A stretch of DNA of 64,000 bases from Monocercomonoides exilis PA203 (lineage: Eukaryota > Protista > Preaxostyla): the NCBI GenBank assembly GCA_001643675.2, contig LSRY02000007.1, positions 1,178,001 to 1,242,000 of the forward strand, written 5' to 3'. Shown in pieces: positions 52,068 through 64,000 of this stretch. Numbering within the stretch: the first letter of the stretch is position 1; each line of letters starts with the position of its first letter. Under the pieces are notes generated by a model. The model was not told the DNA's origin, did no database searches, and worked only from the letters and a program-made list of their open reading frames with translations. Both the position numbers and the translations under genes were made by a program.

Positions 52068-52862
52068 TTAGGACATCTGAGAAGTTTCTTGGACAGGTTG
52101 TGGTTTTTCTTCTTTTGTTTCTTTTGCTTCTTTTGATTTCTGTTTCAATTCCTGTATCTTTGGATAAATCACTCTCATGTACCAATCATACGCAACTTTA
52201 TCATATCCAAGGTGAATCAATCCAGGTAAAGTAAGGACACATATCACTAATAAATAAAAAAATAAATATCTCCAGAATGTGTAAAGATAAGTGGCAAACA
52301 GAAAACAACTGTAACGAATGCACCACGGAAAATATGGAAAATCAGCGCGCATAACATGATGAAAAGAGAAGTGACCAGTGGAGTGAATACTGGATTTTTT
52401 TGTAACTCTTTCATTTGTTCGTGTTCAAAAAACTTGTTGAATTTGTGAGTAAATGCAGTCCATGGAGCAAGCAACCAATCAAAAGCCTCTTCCTCTCTTT
52501 TTAATTTTAAAAAAATGCAATAACAATTATAACATATATTTTAAAAATAGCAAACTCTGCGTTTGTTGAATTCAAAAAGTTCAGATGCTTCATCAATCCA
52601 AAGAACCAATAAAGTTCTAAAGTTAAAAGTGAAATATATGTGAGCAAAGTCAGTTCTGTGTTTCGAACAAATCTTTAATATCAAAATTTTTGAATTTTAA
52701 GACAAAAGAGACAAAATAAATAAATGCAAACGTCAAATCAAAAATGCATATTATCACGATTGTAATATATCCAATAACATTTTGCCATGTTAAGCTACGA
52801 TGAATAAACTTAACGTATGGACCCCATCCGTTATTTTGAAGAAGTTGTTTCAATCCTGCCAT
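52068..52862 (-). CDS. Reticulon-homology-domain membrane protein (ARL6IP1/RETREG-like)
   Basis: A four-exon splice gives LTWQN, hydrophobic hairpin 1 (..TELTLLTYISLLTL), a loop, hairpin 2 ending FYLLVICVLTLPGLIHLG (cf. ARL6IP1 YLIVTSLLLLPGL..HG) and an amphipathic helix. Confidence 0.65.
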
Positions 52863-53273
52863 TTTTTGATCTTAAAACCATTAATTGCTTGATATTTTCT
52901 TTACCAGAAACAAATTTGAAATAATAAAAATTGGAAAAAGCAAAAGCTAACAAAATATTATTTAATAAATATTTGACTTTTTTCTTGCAGTTTTTCACAG
53001 AGTCACTCATCGATCATCAACTTTAACATTTTTTATTATGAAAAAATGATAAAAACCATTAGAAACAGAAAACATTTTTTTTTTTAATAAATGTATCTGT
53101 TATTCCATATTCAGTCATCATTTCGACTTTTAAAATACTTATTTCCTCTTTTTCAAAAAAAATTAATTCTGATTTATTCATATTAATTTTCGAATGCATC
53201 TTATGAAAATTTATTTTTTTATTTTTAATTTTTTACTTATTCTTATTCTTTTTTTTATTCGCATTTTTATTCT

Positions 53274-53356
53274 TGTTTTGTTTTGTTTTGTTTTGTTTTG
53301 TTTTGTTTTGTTTTGTTTTGTTTTGTTTTGTTTTGTTTTGTTTTGTTTTGTTTTGT
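53274..53356. repeat. (TTTTG)n microsatellite
   Basis: Direct observation. Confidence 0.95.
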
Positions 53357-54080
53357 TTCACATATGGGGTATAATTTTCACATTTAAAAAAAAAAAAGCA
53401 TCAATATGTTTCTAACTGTTTTTACAACCTTATCATGATAAGTCTTTCATTCTCGTGATAAAAAAACATGGAAATTTTCAATATAGAGAAAAATATTTAT
53501 TAGAGCAAAATGGAACAAATTTCATTAAGCAAATATATCGTCGCTTATTTCGGTTTGTTCGTTTTTTTGCTGTAATTATTAATATTTTAAAAAAGAGATT
53601 TGTGCCATCTTTGTAATTTCAATTTTCGAAAATTTTCAAAACTGTACTACTTAATAATACTCTTTGATAAAATGAAGAGTTTTATTCAATATTGAATTTT
53701 CAATTCTTATAAAAGACTTGCAAAAAAAAATGATGCTTGTTTTTTTAGAAAATCATTTACCACTTCCTTTGGATAAAATATCAGTGAGATTTAATCTTTC
53801 AAATGAGCGAAATATATAAGGAATTATCACAAGCTATATAATAAAGAACTGCGTTTTTGAATTAACAAAATTTCTTTCAACATAATTTCAGGCAAATATT
53901 ATTCAGATAGTTTTTATTGCACGAGGTGTTACAAATAAACCGAATAAGATTCATTTCTCAACTGAAATGCAAAGAATGGATCAGTTGATAATTCTTCTTT
54001 TTTTGTTATCACTGAACAAGCTTTCATCATATTTTCACTTCGTCATATTCGCTTCAATGAAATGAAAAAACAAACAAATA

Positions 54081-54291
54081 TATGGCTGATCATTTTTGAA
54101 ATCACACTTTTGTTCGAGTTTTGATAAAAATTATAATCTCTATGGGATTTTGAAAAATTGAACTAAACAAATGATACACGTTGTTTGTGATGTTGTTATT
54201 GCAGAAACAAAATTTCCACAAAAATCACATTGAGATTTAATTTTTGATCAAAACTCTAACGAAAGAATGATTTCAAAAAGGATCAGCCATA
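54081..54291. mobile_element. MITE, about 210 bp, with about 70-bp imperfect TIRs and TA flanks
   Basis: TA-tggctgatcatttttgaaatcacacttttgttcgag... pairs with ...aaaactctaacgaaagaatgatttcaaaaaggatcagcca-TA. No coding capacity. Confidence 0.75.
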
Positions 54292-55599
54292 TTTTGAAAT
54301 CTCAAATCCATTGGAAATTCAATTCTCAGGAATTCCTAAAATTCCTTATTCTGTATCCCAATAAAGTGAAAATGAATGCTTTTCATTTTATGTGAGTTAA
54401 ACTTGAGTTGATATAAAATGAAGATGATTATCAAAAATTAAACATCGAGCAGTTGTTGAGAAAAAAATATTGTTTTGAATTTTCGCATGCGCAATGTTTC
54501 AAACTGAATTTTGTTTCAACACACCAAATTGCATAAAAATGGAAATATAGAATATGTGATAACAATTTCAATAATTCAATATTATTTCTGGTTATATTTC
54601 GAGAATTGTGATAGAATATTATCAAAAATCGTAAAAATAATATTTTATAAAGATTTCTTTAAAGATCTAATTGTGAAAAGGGTGATAAGTTTTGTGATCC
54701 AAACTTTTTTCGGTCTGTTGATAATTATTGATTTTTGTGTTACAAGCTGAAATTGTTTCCATTGAATGTTCAATTTTTTTTATTGTACCACAAGCTAAAG
54801 TTAAAAATGAATTCTCAACAAAATCGTTTGAAAATTGAACAATTTCTTTTTAATATTCATTAGATACAATGCAGATTAAGTTGGGAAATTTGAATTAATT
54901 GAGGTTTTTTAAATAAACCTCTATTAATTTGAATTAATACCACTCAATTCAAATAAAAGCACAAAATTTAAAAATCACCATCCTAATTCTAATTAGAAAA
55001 GATCATTCAAATTGATAATAATTGTGGGAAAGGAAAATAAAACAAACAAAAAACACTAATTAAAACAAAGTGTAAATAAAAGAAAAATCAAACCTTTTTT
55101 GACAGTTTTATTTACGAAATCTTGATAATTCGACGGAAGCGTGAAAAAAAAGCTAAAATTAAATAAATGATAAATATATAATTTGTTTACAAGGTGAAAT
55201 AAATATTTGATTTGAGTTTTGTGTGAAGAATGATTCGCTTCGAAGTAATTTTTAGAGTTTTTGCATAAATATTAAAAAGAAAACAACAATATTCTGAAAA
55301 TTCTGATAAATTAATTTGTTTCGTGAGTGTATTTTATTATACAGAATATATTATCATATTTACATAGAATAGTGATGTTAAAGCTGCAGAATCGTAGGTC
55401 TATTTCCTTTTCCTTTTTCATTTTCCTTATTTCATCATTTTTTCTCTCATTTTCTCTTTTGCCGTAATCTCATAATTTCTAAATGATCTTTCTCTTTTAC
55501 TTAAATTTAACCTCTCTCTTTCTTATCACTTCACGCATCTTCTTTATTTTCGTTATCATTTATCTCTTCATTTTCATTCCACATCCCCATAAAATCTCT

Positions 55600-57610
55600 A
55601 ATGCCAACTTCTTTGAAAAGAAGAACTTTTTCTTCCTTTCGCCTTTGCATCTGTTTTTAGAAGCATCCCACGTTCTCTGTAATTTTTACCTCCTTCATTT
55701 TCTCGATTTCCGTTTTCCTTTCGCTCACACAGCAGCTGGAGAAGGTGGTGCTGCTCACCGAAAATGCGTTGGCAGGTGCAGATGAGGCGAATGAGATGCA
55801 CCCACCATTTGTAGCAGTCTGTGGGTTTTGTGAAGCTGAGTTGATGTTAATCATGGTGCAGTTGGTGAGGGAGAGGGAGAGGGCAGGGGAGGTGGCAGAG
55901 GAGAGGACACAGCTGGTGGGGGTGGCAGTGGAGGTGATGTGGGTGATGTTGGAGGAGTTGAGGGTGAGGGGAGCGGTGAGGGAGGTGAGGTGGAAGATGC
56001 TTTGGCTGTTGAGGGCGAGTTGGGTGATTGCTGTGTGGTTGAGGGCGAGGGAGCCAGCAGTGAGGAAGAAGAGGGGTGTGGTGATTGAATTGGAGGTTGT
56101 TCCAGTGATGGTGGTTGTGTTGAGGTTGAGGGAAGGGGAGTTTTGGGAGAGGTGGAAGAGGATGGAGGTGATGGGATTTGAGGAGTTGTGGGCGACGGTG
56201 AGGGCAGAGACTGTGAGGGAGCTCAGTGTTTGTCGGAAGAGGGCAGACGAGGCAGATGGATCTGGTGAAGAAGATGTTGAGAGAGATGATGAAAACGATG
56301 AAAATGAAGAAAATGATGATTATGAAGGTTGAGGAATGCCACTGGAGGCGATGGTGGTGGCGGTTGTGCCATTTCCAGTGATTTTTGTATTTGGGGCACG
56401 GAATGAGAAAGTCTTTGTAGAAGCGAAAGTGGAAATGAGAAGAGAGAGGGAGGCATCGCTGAAGGGAGCAACGCATCCGAGGGCATACTCCACTGTGGCA
56501 CAGGGGCTTTGCTGTGTTTTGCCACAGGCATCGACATCACTTCCACCATTTGCAACAATTTTGTTCTGGTTGATGATTGGAAGCCAGCCATTACATGCAG
56601 TATTATCAGCTGTTCCTGCATTCCATACTCTCTTTGCTAAAGCTGTTGAACCACATTGCTGGAATGGAGACTGAATGATGCTGCTTCCACTGAAGAACAC
56701 ATCGTTTCCCCTTCCATTTGTGGAGGTGTTGTCATCGAAGAAACAGAAAGTGATGAATTTTGCCCCACTCATCCAAGTGAAGGTGTTTATGTAACATAGC
56801 CCGGCTCCTCCCCATGAAGATGATGAATTTATCAATTTGTTATTAATGAGCTGGCACTTTTGTAGTAAATATTAAAGAGATGTTACTGCTGGAGGATAAT
56901 TAAATGTGATTGCTCCGGCCGCATCACCGCCAGTATTTGCAATACAGGCGCATTTGGTGAACAAAAATTTTGCATCTGATGGCATGTCGTCAAGCACTAT
57001 TTCCCAACCAGTTCCACCCCAACTTGTTATTGAACAACTTTCAACTCTGTTTTCTGTTAGCAGCCGAATAGAATTTGTCTGCATTCCTCCAAGGCAATTC
57101 GCTCCTCCACCAGCAGCTGAACAATTTGTGTAATTGGATTTCGTAATGTTTCCATGAAATAAATGCAAGCTGTATGACGCTTCTCCTTCACCGTTGGATG
57201 AACTATTGTGAAAAGAACACGATATGACTGTGAGATTTGCATTTTCGCAGTTGACTTCATGTGCTCCACCTCAATCGCTTCCACCATTTGAATCATTCCA
57301 TTCGCACCATTCGAAGCGATGGCTGTTCACATCAAACAAAATCAGTCTTCCAGGTTTCTTTTTATTAGTTTCATTTCCAATGTGTTCAACAGAAGCATTT
57401 GATGAAAGAGCGTGTTTGGTGGAGAAAAGAAGCATTGAAGGCAGAGAGAGAAGCGTCGGAGCTGTTGAGAAAAGAGACGATAGAACTGTTGATGATGGTT
57501 TGAGTGTGCTATAATGGAAATCTGTTCATTGAGACGGGAGAAAATAAAAAGCTGAGATCGTCAAAATTCTTTTTGAACTTAGGAGTAATCCTGAGGATAG
57601 AGTGTGTTAT
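55600..57610 (-). pseudogene. Second fragmented Cys/Gly/Ser/Thr-rich adhesin-like surface protein
   Basis: Overlapping short ORFs in shifting frames (57057-57296, 56872-57168, 56320-56835) continue after the stop at 56320. GSDVDACGKTQQSPCATVEYAL and GRGNDVFF resemble the modules in the 305-5330 pseudogene. Confidence 0.72.
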
Positions 57611-59248
57611 AAATGTGGGATATCCAAAGGCAAAATGTTTGTAGAATTTGGAACTGTAAGAAAATTGTGTAATTTGCAAAATTAGAAGATAAATATCGAA
57701 AAAGTTAAATTTGTAAAAAAAATATTAAATGATCAATATTTAAAACGAAATCTTGAAAAATAACCATACATACTTTTCAAAATTCAGTGTTTTATATATT
57801 TCTTGTTAATGATTTTTAACATTGTTTTTCAACAAGGCGAAAAATGAAAAACAATATTGTTTGAAAATTGCTGTTGCTTAAATCGAAAAAAGCAGTAATT
57901 ACCTTATGAGCACTGAACAAAATGGCACAGAAGTTGTTGTTGATGTTACAGTTATTAAGAAACAGTTTGCAATTGCGAAGTAATAAATTTAAAATTTGAT
58001 GAAGCTATTATGATTTGTATATTGGGAAAAATGAATTTTTAATTGTTAAAACCATACATACTCGCATTTTATAACTCATGTTTTCAATAACATAAGTTGG
58101 AATAGCATTTTAAACGAATCATCGAATTATTCTATTTTTTCTAAGAAGATTATTGAAAGATCGAATTTTTCACAAAAAGAAAATCAAAAGAAACTTCAGT
58201 ATTTTATATCAATCTTTCATGCTAATAATTTAACACAATCATTTTTCATGTTTTGAATATTTAATTCAAAATAGGATGAAGATTTAAAAAAAAAGCAAGT
58301 CAATTCAAATAAACAGGGGTTATTTTAAATAACCCCCACAATTTTAAATAATTTTTTCAATTTGAATAATTTGATACAATCTGCATTGTATCTATTCTCT
58401 ATCATTCGAAACATCTTTTCATACAGTTTCAACGGAAAAATTTTAAATTCAAAAATTGACACTCATTTTTATTTTGTCATCAAAAAACCGTTTTTTTCAC
58501 TTCTGGCATTTTTATTGAGAAAATTGGCAAACTTAATTGATTGTATGTGATAAAAAATTGTGAACGATATGAGTTTTCCGTTTGAAACTGTTGGAATATC
58601 ACAAAACATTTAGTGATTTAATCATTTGAGCATGGACACAAAAATGATAATTCAATTGATTTTGAAATCTGAGAAAGTTGAATAAAGTGATGAGCGAAAC
58701 CATTTTTTTAAGTTTTAACAAAAAATGCTTGAAAGTCGATATAATGGATGAAATTTGAATAAGACATTTTTATTTGAATAAAGATGGTTTATATAAATAA
58801 CTGGCCTTTATTTCAAATAAAGTCAGATCATTCGAATTAAAACTTTTTATTCGCATTTCATCCAATACCTTCAAATTCATATCAGAAAATCTATTTCATC
58901 ATTTTCGAAAAAAAGATGAATAAATATTTTCGTGCAAAATTTTCTTTCCAATATTAAAATTTCGCAAATTTTCTAATTATTAACTAAACACTCTTTTTTG
59001 AAAAAAATATTGTTTCAAATGTTTTTTCATAGCTTTTTTTTTTCTTTAATAATTATGTAGTTTGACTTGTTGCAAGAAAAAGCAATTGCACTCTTTTTCG
59101 GTTTGAGGATACTCATTATATTTCTTTAAATATTTTTCTTTTCAGATTACTATTCTATCATTTAAGCAATTTCAAAATAAAACTATTGAATTTTTATGTT
59201 GCATATTACAGACATTGTATTGAATAAACATGTAACAAAATACTTATT

Positions 59249-62200
59249 TTAAAGAAAACAAGTGTATTCATTCATATCATCAACCCTGAATTCCATCAAC
59301 CCACCATATTCAGAGTCAATAACACCTAATGTGAGTCTTTGTGAATCTTCAGTAAACGAAAATCCACCCAAACTTCCAAAATATTCCACAGTTTGTCTCT
59401 TAGTGTAATCAGGGATTCCACTGAAGCATCGATAAATATGTAGGTAATCTCTTTCTTCTCCAAAGGCAAAGTAGTGTCCATCGGGGGAGTATCTAATTTG
59501 CGTTTTAATCAGAAATTCAACAATATCAGGAAAAAAATTACAGAGATAAAAAAGAAAAAACTTAGCATTTAAAAGAATCAAACTTCACCAATTTTACCGA
59601 ATCTGATATTGAGGGAAGAGTTTCAAGGGGAAACAGTACACGCAAATCCCATATTCTGTTTGCAGAAAACACAGCAATATTAGCCATAGTCAATGAAATG
59701 ATGAATAATATGAAAAGAAGCAAATAATTGTAATATTTTCAATTTCAGATTATTCTTCAAAAATAAAAAAAACGCTTTCATACATTGCTGTTTGATCTTG
59801 TCCTCCAGTTGCCCAAGTCAGTCCAGTTTCAGAATTTGAAGCAGCCGAATAACTATCTTCGATAGAAGAGCACACCGGAGAAGGCTGCCAAGCTGTTGTA
59901 CAATTGTTGTCCACATGTGCTTTCAAGCGATGCGTCAGAAAATTCGTTCGGGGATCCCACAAGCATGAGTAAACATCTTCAGACACAAAAGAGACAAGAG
60001 AATGTGTCGAAGAGTATTCAGCGTCCTATGAATGACGAAATAGAGATATAAAATAACGTTAAGGAATTGGAAAAATATCATTCTTTCATACAGTCGGGAT
60101 GGCATCATAGCGAATAGAATTGATAACTTCATGAGTGCTTAAATCAATTACGCATACTCGTTTGGATGATGTTGATGCAATCAAATGAGGAGCTGAAGAA
60201 ATTAATTGCATTTTGCACAAAAAGAGTTGAAAATCAAATGAGTTTTATAAAAGAAGCAAAAAGAAATTTAATAAAATGACAAACATCCGTTATACAACTG
60301 AAGGCGAAGAGAGTTCACTGATTCTTCTGGATCTAAAAAGAACATTTCAACATTCTAGTGGCAATTTCAAAATAAATAATGATTGCAATAGATATCATAA
60401 AAATTATCAATTTTCATAAAATAAAATTTTAAATCAGTTGAAAATTAACATAAAAAAATAATTTGATTATTATGTCCAATTATTCAGCAATCCAAATAAC
60501 ACAAACCTGCAAATTGCTAAGAGGAGCAACAACAATTTCGCCTTCTTCACAAACTGCACAAAGGAGTCCAAATGCTGTTGTAAAAGACACAATAGAAGAA
60601 GTCGAGATGGTTGGGATTTGGAGAGAATGGTACGGAGAAAAGGATGAAAATACAGATGACATCAACCGAGTGCTTGAATTCAGCATATCAAATGGATTAT
60701 TTGAGTCTGTAGAATGAAGAATTGTCGTGCTGTCAGAATGCGAAAAACAGGAGGTATTGACCGAAGAAATTGATGACTCTAAGTTCGAATAGCCAAAATA
60801 TGAAGTCGGACTAAACGCTTGCTGAATTCGCGAATGAGAAGAATGAAATTGTTTGATTGATGCACAACCAAAAGCAGTTGGCAATGAAGAAGAATATGAG
60901 TCTTTTGAATCTTTTGTAATCCTATTTTCTTTGTTGTTAATCTTCATTGATTTTCTATTTGAATTAGCACATGGTTCTCCAACGTTGTTAATAACACCCA
61001 GCATTTCGATTCTTTGGAGGTCTTGATCCCAATGAACATTGTTATCGGTAATTATTTTTTGTTTCACAAGGCCATCTCTATCGCAATCACCCCATTTTAT
61101 CAAAGAACCCTCAAACGTTGTTTCAAATCTATTATTTTCAAATTTCTCAATTTTGCTGTTCCTTTCCTTTTCTTCTCCTTCATCCCTTTCGACTATTCGC
61201 TCTTTCACATCTCTTTGAGAAAGCAAATTTATTCCTTCTTTAATCTTTCTATTGCAACAAAAAACCGATTGATATCTGAAGACATCTTTATCATACATTC
61301 CAATATAGCCGCTTGAAAGAGGAACTAGTGTGACAGGGATGCGATGCCGACAATAATGGTGATGTTTCGAAGATGATTGAATAAAACTTGATGGCTTCTG
61401 ATTCAAATGCGACAAAACTTTGAACTGTTCGAAAATATATCTTAATAAAAGCTGGCAATGCTCCTTCACAAGAGAATGTTGAGGCTTGAAAAAGAGTAAA
61501 TGGTTCAGTAAATTCCATTTATCATCAAAATCTTCTCCAAAAATCTCTCTTCGAATTAATCTATTTTCGAATATTCCTTCTCTTCTTCCTCTGCAAAGTG
61601 GAACGTTTTTGTCTTTTTGGATCTCAAAAGATGGAATAAATGCATTTCGTGGAGGAGTTAACAAATTAAAAGCATTATCTGAATGGTAAACGCTTGAAGA
61701 AGATTTGTCTTTAAATAAGATATCTGCTTCAGATCCAAATAAAATATGAGTCACTTCTTCGATTCCAACTTCTTCATCATCCCATTCATTGAATAATTTC
61801 CATCCTTCATTCAAAGAGAGAAGTGATAGATCGCTTTCACTAAGAGAATCAGAATATGAACTGATTTCTTCTGAAATGTCTACTCTTTGTTGTAAAGCAG
61901 CTGTAGAAACTTTACCATTTGCTTCATTTTCTTCATTACAATTTGGAAAGTTCGAATTTTCAACGTAAACTTTGTCTTCAAATTTGCTACTAACTCTTAT
62001 CTTTTCCCTCTTCATTCCAACATTATCAAAATACTCATCTTCATCAAATACAGATGAATTGCTTAATGAATTTGTTGCTATATCATCATTTAAATCAAAA
62101 ATTGAAATTATATCGCTGTCATCTGCATCACTTCCATTTCCTTCTCTTCTTCTTTGCTGCTCAACCAAATTCTGATTTCCTGGTTCCTCTTTCCTATCTG

Positions 62201-64000
62201 CTTCACATTTCTTTCCAGAAAGCATCCGTTTTCGTTTTTTGATAAGTCTTAGTTTTTCTTCTTCGTTTTCTCTTCTCCATTTCTTTTTTATCAAACCTGC
62301 GCCTCCTCTTTCTATTTCTTTTCTTGTTTTCAACTCCTTTGCAAGCTCTTTATCTGATATATTTTCGATATCAAACTCGTAATTATCTGATGAATCATTC
62401 AGACTTTTTGAATCAGCCGCACCAAACTCATATTCATCCTTAGCTTTCCTCAATTCTTCGATTCTCTTTTTCAATCTGTTTCTTAAATTCTTTCGCTTTT
62501 CTCGTCTTTTCTCATAAAATATTTCTCTCTTTCTCTTTATTGCCTCTTCTCTTATCCTTTCTTTTCTCTTTCTTTCCTTCAAGTCTTTCCTGCCTCGCTC
62601 CATTGCAACTCTCCATTCCATTGGAAAGCGAAAAGAAGATAGTTGGCTCATGTTCAGAAGCACAGAAGAAGAAGGAGAAGGAAGAGGAATTCGAGAATTT
62701 GACAAAGGATCATCAAGAATAGAATTTGAGGAAGATGATGAAGACGTAGATGAAGATGAGGATGAAACAGAAAAGAAACGAGAATTTGAAGAATAAGAAA
62801 CTTGATTAACTGAAGGGTCAATAGAAATTGAAGAAAGCATTGAAAGCGAAGGATTGCTTGGAAGAGATGATGGAGAAATAAAGGAAATAGAGCGAGGCTT
62901 TCTTTTTGACTGATAAGACGCAGGAAATGATGGGGCAAAGGAGAGTGCTGGCTGATAAATTGGCTGGAGAGGATCAAAAATGCAGATTCTGTTGTTATTC
63001 ACATAAAGTAACAGAGAAAAAGTGGATGCTAAACCAGAATAATTCAGAGGAATCGAAGAAGAAGAAGAAGAAGATGGACAAATTGAAAGATAATGAACAA
63101 GATTTTTGGATTTCATGCTTTTGCTTTGAGGCTGTGAAAAGCGAGTGAATCTGAAAAATGAATAGAAAACAGAATGACTTTGATCAGTTGATGACAAAGG
63201 GGATGAATCAGAAGAAAAAGCAGAAGAAGAGGAAGAAGAACTAGAAGAAGAAGGGGGATGTAATAAAAATGGATAAACAGAAGGAGGATATGAAGGAGAT
63301 TTATTTGATGCCAAGTTATCCAGCAGCAGACGAAGCGGTATCGAATGCAATGGACTGGAATTTTGCTTGGTTCGTAAGCTTCGTGGGAACAAAAACTGAG
63401 GAATTTGAATAAGGTTTGAAGAAGAAGATAAATAAGAGGTTGATAGAAGATGAGATAGAAGATGAAACGAACCATTCAAGTTGCTTTGAAGATGATCAAA
63501 CAAAGAAGAAGAAGATGATGATGATGAAGAATGAGTATTCAATGTTGATTGGTCATTGCGGACATTATCCAAATCATAAGTGTCGATTGGTTTTTTTGCA
63601 AATTCTTGCTCCTCCATTCGATCTCTGTTTGCTTCTGTTTGAGAATTATCTGATAAATAAGTTTCGTTTCTTGTTAGATCTTCATCTTGCTTACTGTCTT
63701 CTTTGCTATCAATATTTATTTTAATTTTTATCTTTTTGAAATCTTCAAATGTGTTCATTTTTTTCTCGTTTGCATCAACCTCATTTTCCAATGGAGAATG
63801 TTGCATGCTCTGTTCAATAGCTGCTTCAATTGAATCATCATCATCATCATCATTATCATAATTATCAAACAAATAGAGAAACAGTTTCACTGCGCTGTCA
63901 GATGAATGTAGCAATACATCAAAAGGAGAATCTTCACAGGAAGAAGAAAGACGAGGTTGTACAAGCTCATCAACAACAATACGAGATAAAGAAGAAGATG
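59249..64000 (-). CDS. WD40-repeat protein of the DUF2415 type with long low-complexity N-terminal region; 5' end outside the window
   Basis: LKAHVDNNCTTAWQP..WATGGQDQTA and C-terminal IRYSPDGHYFAFGEERDYLHIY..KRQTVEYFGSLGGFSFTEDSQRLTLGV..YGGLMEF. A large exon runs from about 60500 to the window edge. Confidence 0.75.

Noticed and set aside
55745-56332. 195-aa V/E/R-rich plus-strand ORF
   Set aside because: Antisense shadow of the Ser/Thr/Leu-rich part of the minus-strand pseudogene.

Overview
AT-rich, intron-containing eukaryotic DNA in the standard genetic code. It has short GT-AG introns (often GTATG/GTTTG donors) and proteins swollen by poly-Ser/Glu/Lys tracts. Gene style and the Cys/Gly-rich surface-protein families suggest an anaerobic metamonad, most likely an oxymonad such as Monocercomonoides; this is inference, not verified. 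Positions 1-14.6 kb are an accessory/decay zone: a surface-protein pseudogene, unidentified coding relics, a degenerate multi-exon gene and a broken DD34D mariner transposase, with a pair of 30-bp TA-flanked terminal inverted repeats 5.8 kb apart. Positions 15-53 kb are a compact housekeeping block: proteasome Rpn1, an FKBP with an 11-nt microexon, an SF1/BBP pseudogene, exportin-1/CRM1, a USP7-like protein lacking its catalytic Cys and His, a probable flagellar microtubule inner protein, a giant Vps15, a small secreted protein and a reticulon-like protein. Positions 53-64 kb hold a MITE, a second surface-protein pseudogene and a 5'-incomplete DUF2415-type WD40 gene. No rRNA, tRNA or CRISPR array was seen. 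I found no complete multi-gene novel system. The best leads are the TIR-bounded 5.8-kb mariner unit enclosing a host gene relic, the pseudo-deubiquitinase, the CRM1 with Cys528->Val plus an internal FG-like insertion, and the very large non-myristoylated Vps15. All homology calls are by-eye recognition from remembered family motifs, and exon boundaries were read manually.
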